64,000 nucleotides of DNA from Rhizobium sp. Q54 (GTDB taxonomy: Bacteria > Pseudomonadota > Alphaproteobacteria > UBA2966 > CAIVPW01), in the NCBI GenBank assembly GCA_945889645.1, contig CAMDCA010000002.1, forward strand, positions 26,323 to 90,322. The letters run 5' to 3'. Of this stretch, positions 58,541 through 64,000 are shown piece by piece; the first letter of the stretch is position 1, and every line of letters begins with the position of its first letter. A program made the position numbers and the translations under genes. Below the pieces are notes generated by a model. That model was not told the DNA's origin. It saw only the letters and a program-made list of their open reading frames with translations, and ran no database searches.

Positions 58541-59416
58541 TTACCACGTGAAGCTGCGCAGGATTGCGGTGGGGCGCGCGTTGAGGCGGGTGGCGGCGGA
58601 GTCCACAGCATTGAGGTCGGCGTCGCGGCCGGGGAGCGCGCCGAATTCGGCGGCGTGCAGGCCTTCGAGGACCAAGACCGAATCGATGCCGGCGATGTTG
58701 GCGCCCTTGATGTCGGTGGCCAGGCTGTCGCCGACGGCGATGACGCGGGCCGGCGGCACGCCGTTCAAGCGGGCGAAGCAGGCGGCATACGCGGCGGCGA
58801 ATGGCTTTCCATGATAGTGGCAGTCGCCGCCGATCGCCTCGTAGGCCTCGCCGATGGCCCCGGCGCACGGCACCAGCTTGGCACCGCGATGCACGAAGCG
58901 GTCGGGGTTGGCGCACAGCATCGGCATGTTCTTGTGCTTGGCGAGCGCGAGCAGGCCGCCGTAGTCGGCGGCGGTTTCGGTCTCGTCGTCGAACAAGCCG
59001 GTGTTGAGGATGAAATGCGCGCGCTCGGGCGTCTGCACCTGCTCGTAGTCGAGGCCGTTGAGCAGGCCGTGATCGCGCTCGGGGCCTAGGTGGTAGAAGC
59101 GCCTGCCGAGCTTGGCGTGCCAGGGATCGGCGCGCGCCTCCAAGGCGGTGCGCGACAGGCCGCCGGAGGTAACGATAGCGTCGTAGCTGCCCGGCTGGAT
59201 GCCGAAGGTGGCGATCTGGTCGCGGGTTGCTTCCAGGCTGCGCGGCGCGTTGGACAGCAGCACCAGGCGCCAGCCAGCGGCGCGCATCTCGGCGAGGCAG
59301 CGCAGTGCGCCGGGAGTCGGCTTCTGGCCGTCGTGCAGCACGCCCCACAGGTCGAGGATGGCGGCGTCGTAGCGGCCGGCGAGCGGTGCCATGCCGGACA
59401 GGACGGGGAAGGTCAT
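58541..59416 (-). CDS. HAD-superfamily hydrolase IIA (TIGR01459-like)
   Basis: DLWGVLHDG, SNAPR, CANPD, GKP, GDSLATDI. Confidence 0.9.
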   Translation of the reverse strand: MTFPVLSGMAPLAGRYDAAILDLWGVLHDGQKPTPGALRCLAEMRAAGWRLVLLSNAPRSLEATRDQIATFGIQPGSYDAIVTSGGLSRTALEARADPWHAKLGRRFYHLGPERDHGLLNGLDYEQVQTPERAHFILNTGLFDDETETAADYGGLLALAKHKNMPMLCANPDRFVHRGAKLVPCAGAIGEAYEAIGGDCHYHGKPFAAAYAACFARLNGVPPARVIAVGDSLATDIKGANIAGIDSVLVLEGLHAAEFGALPGRDADLNAVDSAATRLNARPTAILRSFTW

Positions 59417-59453
59417 CAGGCTTTTTCCCGCGTCATGATCTTTGCTCGCTCGC

Positions 59454-59639
59454 TCATGCTCGCCCGCGGAGGGGCCGTGGCTCGCCGGCACGGCGCAACA
59501 GCACGAGGTGCGCCAACGCGGCGGCGAGGAACAGCACGGCGCCGGTGGGGCTGCGTCGCAAGGGATCGCTCGGCATCGACCATGCGGCCAGCACGGCAAC
59601 GGCCGCGTAGGCAGCAACGATTGCGATGTGCAGCGCCAT
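59454..59639 (-). pseudogene. 61-aa two-TM ORF, possible deletion remnant
   Basis: Coupled to the pyrD stop; two hydrophobic segments then GEPRPL tail. Confidence 0.35.
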
Positions 59640-59640
59640 G

Positions 59641-60726
59641 TCAGCGCTGGTGGTCGGCGCCGATGGCGGCGGCGATAGACGAGAAGCCATCGCGCGCCAG
59701 CAGCTCGGCGAGTTCGGCATGGATGCGGGCGAGCAGCGCGGTGCCTTCGTAGACGAGGGCGGTGTAGAGCTCGACCAGCGTCGCGCCGGCGCGAATCTTG
59801 GCGTACGCGTCGGCGCCGGAACTGACGCCGCCGGTGCCGACCAAGGTGAGGCGGCCACCTGCGGCCCGGTAGACCTGGGCCAACACCTCGGTCGAGCGCG
59901 CCATCAGCGGGCGGCCCGAGAGTCCGCCCTTCTCATTGCGATGCGGGCCGCGCAGGGCGTCGCGCAGGCCGACGGTGGTGTTGCCGACGATCAGGCCGGC
60001 AGCACCGCCGCTGATGGCAGCATCGACGATGGTACCGACTTCGTCCTCGGTGAGATCGGGGGCGATCTTCACCAGGACCGGCGGTGTGGCGCCGCTTTGG
60101 GTGCGGGCAGCCATCGTAGCGGCGAGCAGCGCATCGAGGCGCGCACCAACCTGCAGGTCGCGCAGGCCCGGCGTGTTGGGCGATGAGATGTTCAGCACCA
60201 GCAAGTCGGCGAGCGGCGCCAAAGCGCGGATGCAGGTGGCGTAGTCCTGCACCGGATCGGCGGCGTCGCGATTGGCGCCGATGTTGACGGCGACGATGCC
60301 GCCGGGCGCGCGCGCGCCGTCGTTGCGCAACGCGGTGAGGCGCGCGCGCGCAGCTTCGAGACCCTTGTTGTTGAAGCCGAGGCGGTTGATGACGGCGCGG
60401 TCTTGCGTCAGGCGGAAGATACGCGGGCGCGGATTGCCGGCCTGCGGCTTCGGCGTAATGGTGCCGACTTCGACAAAGCCGAAGCCGACGCGCAGCATGG
60501 CGCGCGGCACCTCGGCGTCCTTGTCGAACCCGGCGGCAAGACCTACCGGCGACGGGAAGCGCAGGCCGAAGGCGCGCACGGCCAAGCGCTCGAGCGGCGC
60601 CGGCGCCGGCGGCGGCACGATGCCTGCGCGCAACGCCTGGATGGTCAGGCGGTGCGCCGTCTCGGCGTCGAGGAGCCGCAGCAGCGGCAGGCCCATCGAC
60701 TCCAGGGGGCTATAAAAGTCGACCAC
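59641..60726 (-). CDS. pyrD: Quinone-dependent dihydroorotate dehydrogenase
   Basis: GLAAGFDK, INRLGFN, NISSPNTPGLR, GGLSG; start GTG 60726 or ATG 60696. Confidence 0.94.
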   Translation of the reverse strand: MVDFYSPLESMGLPLLRLLDAETAHRLTIQALRAGIVPPPAPAPLERLAVRAFGLRFPSPVGLAAGFDKDAEVPRAMLRVGFGFVEVGTITPKPQAGNPRPRIFRLTQDRAVINRLGFNNKGLEAARARLTALRNDGARAPGGIVAVNIGANRDAADPVQDYATCIRALAPLADLLVLNISSPNTPGLRDLQVGARLDALLAATMAARTQSGATPPVLVKIAPDLTEDEVGTIVDAAISGGAAGLIVGNTTVGLRDALRGPHRNEKGGLSGRPLMARSTEVLAQVYRAAGGRLTLVGTGGVSSGADAYAKIRAGATLVELYTALVYEGTALLARIHAELAELLARDGFSSIAAAIGADHQR

Positions 60727-61483
60727 TGTCGCGCGGCGATGGAGGGATGGGAGCAAGGTCGGACGCTGGCTCGATGCAGGCCGGATCGTCGTTACCGTGC
60801 GCGTTCACATGCTTGGAGACGGTGGTGTCGGTGAAGCCGGTGTCGCCGGCGCTGGCCAGCACCGCCTGCAGCTCGGTGTGGTCCGCCTTGGCCTCGCCCA
60901 GCCACACGGCCCAAGACTCGGGCGGCAGGATGACCGGCATGCGGTCATGCAGCGGCGCGACCAATTCACTGGGGCGCGTGGTGAGGACGGTGCACGAGCG
61001 CAGCGGTGCTATGTCCGGTCGCTTCAGATCCTGCCATTCCTCCCACAGGCCCGCGAAGGCGAACAGCGCCCCCTCCCCACCGTCCCCCGCAGGCGCAGGA
61101 GGGAAACCAGAGCGGCGGCGGAACAGGTGCGGCGTCGTGGTGGTCTTGTCCCACTCGTAGTAGCCGTCGGCAGGAACCAGGCAGCGGCGCGCACGGTAGG
61201 CGTTGCGGAACGGACCGGCACTGCTGACCGTTTCGCTGCGCGCGTTGATGAGCGGCGGGCGGCCGGGACGCGGCTTGCCCTGGGCATCGGACTCGGAGCC
61301 GGCGGGCACCAAGCCCCAGCGCATCAGGCCGAGGACGCGCTGTTCGTGTTCAACGAAGACGACGGGAACGTCCTGGGTCGGCGCCACGTTGTAGCGCGGG
61401 GGGAAGTTGGGCGGCACGCCGTGCGTGCCGAACAGCTGCCGCATCGCCTCCGGCGGAGTCGTCACTTTGTAGCGGCCGCACAC
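60710..61483 (-). CDS. SOS response-associated peptidase (SRAP/YedK)
   Basis: N-terminal MCGRY, RYNVAPT, INARSE, GYYEW, HDRMPVIL. Confidence 0.92.
   Translation of the reverse strand: MCGRYKVTTPPEAMRQLFGTHGVPPNFPPRYNVAPTQDVPVVFVEHEQRVLGLMRWGLVPAGSESDAQGKPRPGRPPLINARSETVSSAGPFRNAYRARRCLVPADGYYEWDKTTTTPHLFRRRSGFPPAPAGDGGEGALFAFAGLWEEWQDLKRPDIAPLRSCTVLTTRPSELVAPLHDRMPVILPPESWAVWLGEAKADHTELQAVLASAGDTGFTDTTVSKHVNAHGNDDPACIEPASDLAPIPPSPRDSGRLL
61069..61103 (+). repeat. C-rich palindromic repeat, copy 5, in frame inside SRAP
   Basis: CCCCCTCCCCACCGTCCCCCGCAGGCGCAGGAGGG; 27/35 identical to copy 1 by hand alignment. Confidence 0.6.
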
Positions 61484-63085
61484 CTATGCAGTCTCGGGTG
61501 CCGCGGCCGTTCCTGCAAGCTCACCGGCAAGGGCGCGCTGAATGAGGGCGATGGATTCCGGTACGCCATAGAGGGCGATGAACGAGCCCATGCGCGGGCC
61601 TTGGGCCTGGCCGAACAGGACCTCGTACATCGCCTTGAACCAGTCGCGCAGGTTGGTGAAGCCGCTGCGCTTGCCGACCTCGTAGACCTCGTTCTGGATC
61701 GCTTCCGGCGTGGCCGGGGGCACGAGCTTGGTCAGCGCCAACGCCAGGTCTTCCAGCGCTGCGCGTTCCTGGTCGGTCGGCGGGCGGTGCTTCTTTTCCG
61801 GCAGCACGAAGTCGCGGTAGTAGGCGACGGCGTAGTCCACCATGCGGGCGAGGATCGGGTTCGCGGCCGGGTTGGCGCCCGGTGCGTAGCGCGACAGGAA
61901 GCCCCACAGCACCTTGGGGTCGCCGGTGTTGGCGGCGCTGACCAGGTTCAGCAGCATGGCGAAGGTGACCGGCACGTCCTCGGACGGCGGCTTGCCGTGG
62001 TGGATGAACCACGCAGGGTTCTGCTTGCGCGTCTCGGCGGTGCCATGCGCGCGGTACTGCGCGAGGAAGCTGAGATAGTCGTCCACCGTCTTGGGAATGA
62101 CGTCGAAGTACAAGCGCTTGGCGCGCTGCGGCGCGTGGAACATGAAGGTCGAGAGAGACTCGGGCGACGCGTAGGTCAACCACTGCTCGATCGTCATGCC
62201 GTTGCCGCGCGACTTGGAAATCTTCTCGCCGTTCTCGTCGAGGAACAACTCGACGATGGGCGTGACCGGCGGCGTGCCGCCCAGCACCTTGACGATGCGG
62301 CTGGCGAGCTTGACCGATTCGATCAGGTCCTTGCCCGACATCTCGAAGTCGACGTCGAACGCGGCCCAGCGCATCGCCCAGTCGGCCTTCCACTGCATCT
62401 TGACGTGGCCGCCGGTGACCGGGACTTCGGTGAGGGTGCCGTCTTCGTCGCGGAACACAACCGTGCCGGAGTCGAGCTTGCGCTCGACCAGCGGCACCTG
62501 CAGCACGCGGCCGGACTTGGGCGAGATCGGCAGGATCGGCGAATAGGTGGCGCGGCGTTCCTCGCCCAACGTCGGAAGAACGACCGCGGCAACCTCGTCG
62601 TGGTGCTCCAGCATGCGCAGCAGCGTCGCGTCGAACACGCCGCGCTTGTACTGTTCGGTGGACGAGCGGAACTCGTACTGGATGCCGAAGCGATCCAGGA
62701 AGTCGCGCAGCATCGCGTTGTTGTGGTGGCCGAAGCTTTCGAACTTGCCGAACGGATCGGGGATCGAGGTCAGCGGCTTGCCGAGGTGCCCGGCCACCAT
62801 CTCCTTGTTGGGGATGTTGTCCGGCACCTTGCGCAGGCCGTCCATGTCGTCCGAGAAGGCGACGAGGCGCACTGGAACGTCCGAGAGTTCGCGGAACGCC
62901 TGGCGCACCATCGAGGTGCGCTGCACCTCGCCGAAGGTGCCGATGTGGGGCAGGCCCGAGGGGCCATAGCCGGTCTCGAAGAACACGTGGTCCTTCGGGC
63001 GCGTAGCGAGGCGCGCGAGGACCTTGCGGGCCTCCTGAAACGGCCAAGCTTCGCCGCCTTGTCCGCGGTCGCTGTCGTCGCCCAT
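61484..63085 (-). CDS. lysK: Lysine-tRNA ligase, class I
   Basis: ETGYGPSGLPHIGT, QWKADW, KISKSRGN. Confidence 0.94.
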   Translation of the reverse strand: MGDDSDRGQGGEAWPFQEARKVLARLATRPKDHVFFETGYGPSGLPHIGTFGEVQRTSMVRQAFRELSDVPVRLVAFSDDMDGLRKVPDNIPNKEMVAGHLGKPLTSIPDPFGKFESFGHHNNAMLRDFLDRFGIQYEFRSSTEQYKRGVFDATLLRMLEHHDEVAAVVLPTLGEERRATYSPILPISPKSGRVLQVPLVERKLDSGTVVFRDEDGTLTEVPVTGGHVKMQWKADWAMRWAAFDVDFEMSGKDLIESVKLASRIVKVLGGTPPVTPIVELFLDENGEKISKSRGNGMTIEQWLTYASPESLSTFMFHAPQRAKRLYFDVIPKTVDDYLSFLAQYRAHGTAETRKQNPAWFIHHGKPPSEDVPVTFAMLLNLVSAANTGDPKVLWGFLSRYAPGANPAANPILARMVDYAVAYYRDFVLPEKKHRPPTDQERAALEDLALALTKLVPPATPEAIQNEVYEVGKRSGFTNLRDWFKAMYEVLFGQAQGPRMGSFIALYGVPESIALIQRALAGELAGTAAAPETA

Positions 63086-63191
63086 CGGCCGTGCCTGTGA
63101 TCCCAGCAATTGGGAGGGGGAACCTAGGCGTTGGGCATGCAAGCGTCAACGCGAGGCACGCCCTTCGGATGCGACTCTATATTCTGGCCCC

Positions 63192-64000
63192 ATGAGCCTG
63201 CGCGCGCCCGCCGCCGCCATCGCTGTGCCGACCGCTCCGTCCCTGGTGGTGCGGGGCCGCAAGGCCGTGTGGATCTCGGCCGACGGCGAGATCGAGGAGC
63301 TGGGGCCGGCCCAGGCTGCGGGGCGGGCCGAGAACGGCATGCCGTTCGTGGTCCATGCGCCGGCGGCGGCTGCCCGTCTGGGGCTGAAGCGGCTGCAAGC
63401 GTACGATCTGCTGGAGCTGTTCGCGTTCGTGCGGCCGGCCAAGTTCTGCCTGCCCACCCCACGCGGCGTGGCCGACGCGGTGGGACTGCCGGCGGCGCCC
63501 GACCTGATCGGCGAGGCCTTGGCGCTGCGCGACGCGGCGACACTTCTGTTGAGCGAGATTCGCGGCGAGTCGGGCAACGAAACCACCGTCGCGCTTGCCC
63601 AATTCCTGCAGGCGTCCGGATGGGTCTGGGCCCCGGCGGTCCTGGGTGCGTTGGGCGCGAGCCCGGCGGTGGGTGCGTTCCCGCGCTTGAACATTTGGCA
63701 CAAGCTGGCGGAGTGGATCGAGTTGGCGCCGCCACCGCCGGCCGGAGCCGAGCCCGTATCGCCTGAGGAGACGCTGCTGCGCCTGAGCCAGTTGCTGTCG
63801 GTGCGCTCGGCCGAAGAGCGCGAGGCGCAACGCATGTACGCGATGGAGGCGGCGCGCGCATTCGCGCCGCGCAATGCGGCGGAGGAACCGGAGATCGTGC
63901 TGGCCGAGGCCGGCACCGGGGTTGGTAAGACGCTTGGCTACATCGCACCGGCCAGCGTGTGGGCGGAAAAGAACGCGGCCACCGTGTGGCTTTCGACGTA
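63192..64000 (+). CDS. DinG-family ATP-dependent helicase, partial (runs off the window)
   Basis: Not in the ORF track. Hand translation: MSLRAP...DLLELFAFVRPAKFCLPTPRG...EAGTGVGKTLGYIAPA. Confidence 0.82.
   Translation, partial: MSLRAPAAAIAVPTAPSLVVRGRKAVWISADGEIEELGPAQAAGRAENGMPFVVHAPAAAARLGLKRLQAYDLLELFAFVRPAKFCLPTPRGVADAVGLPAAPDLIGEALALRDAATLLLSEIRGESGNETTVALAQFLQASGWVWAPAVLGALGASPAVGAFPRLNIWHKLAEWIELAPPPPAGAEPVSPEETLLRLSQLLSVRSAEEREAQRMYAMEAARAFAPRNAAEEPEIVLAEAGTGVGKTLGYIAPASVWAEKNAATVWLST

Overview
High-GC core-chromosome window from an alphaproteobacterium, Rhodospirillales-like by gene order (class I LysRS, separate F1 atp operon, contiguous ccmA-I). From start to end it holds envC-ctpA-ctpA'-yibQ-rppH, an APC permease, atpHAGDC, priA, DUF484-xerC, lpdA, mdh-sucCD, htpG, acnA, ccmABCDEFGHI, ispZ, ftsY-mtaB-dapF, ffh-rpsP-rimM-trmD-rplS-leuCDB-asd, sdhCDAB, higBA, a HAD hydrolase, pyrD, SRAP, lysK and a partial DinG. 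No CRISPR, IS, prophage, tRNA or rRNA was recognised. The best leads are: (1) a tandem CtpA pair whose second copy has lost the Ser/Lys catalytic dyad (candidate pseudo-protease regulator); (2) a remodelled TCA operon lacking sucAB, whose SucCD carries malate-thiokinase-like pocket motifs; (3) a C-rich palindromic repeat family that has entered coding sequence in frame; (4) an H1-like basic tail fused to a VOC domain; (5) a self-contained unit with a structured leader and a 27-aa Lys/Pro/Ala ORF; (6) a diheme cytochrome c gene with an internal amber codon. All family assignments come from motifs and synteny recalled from memory; no searches were run.
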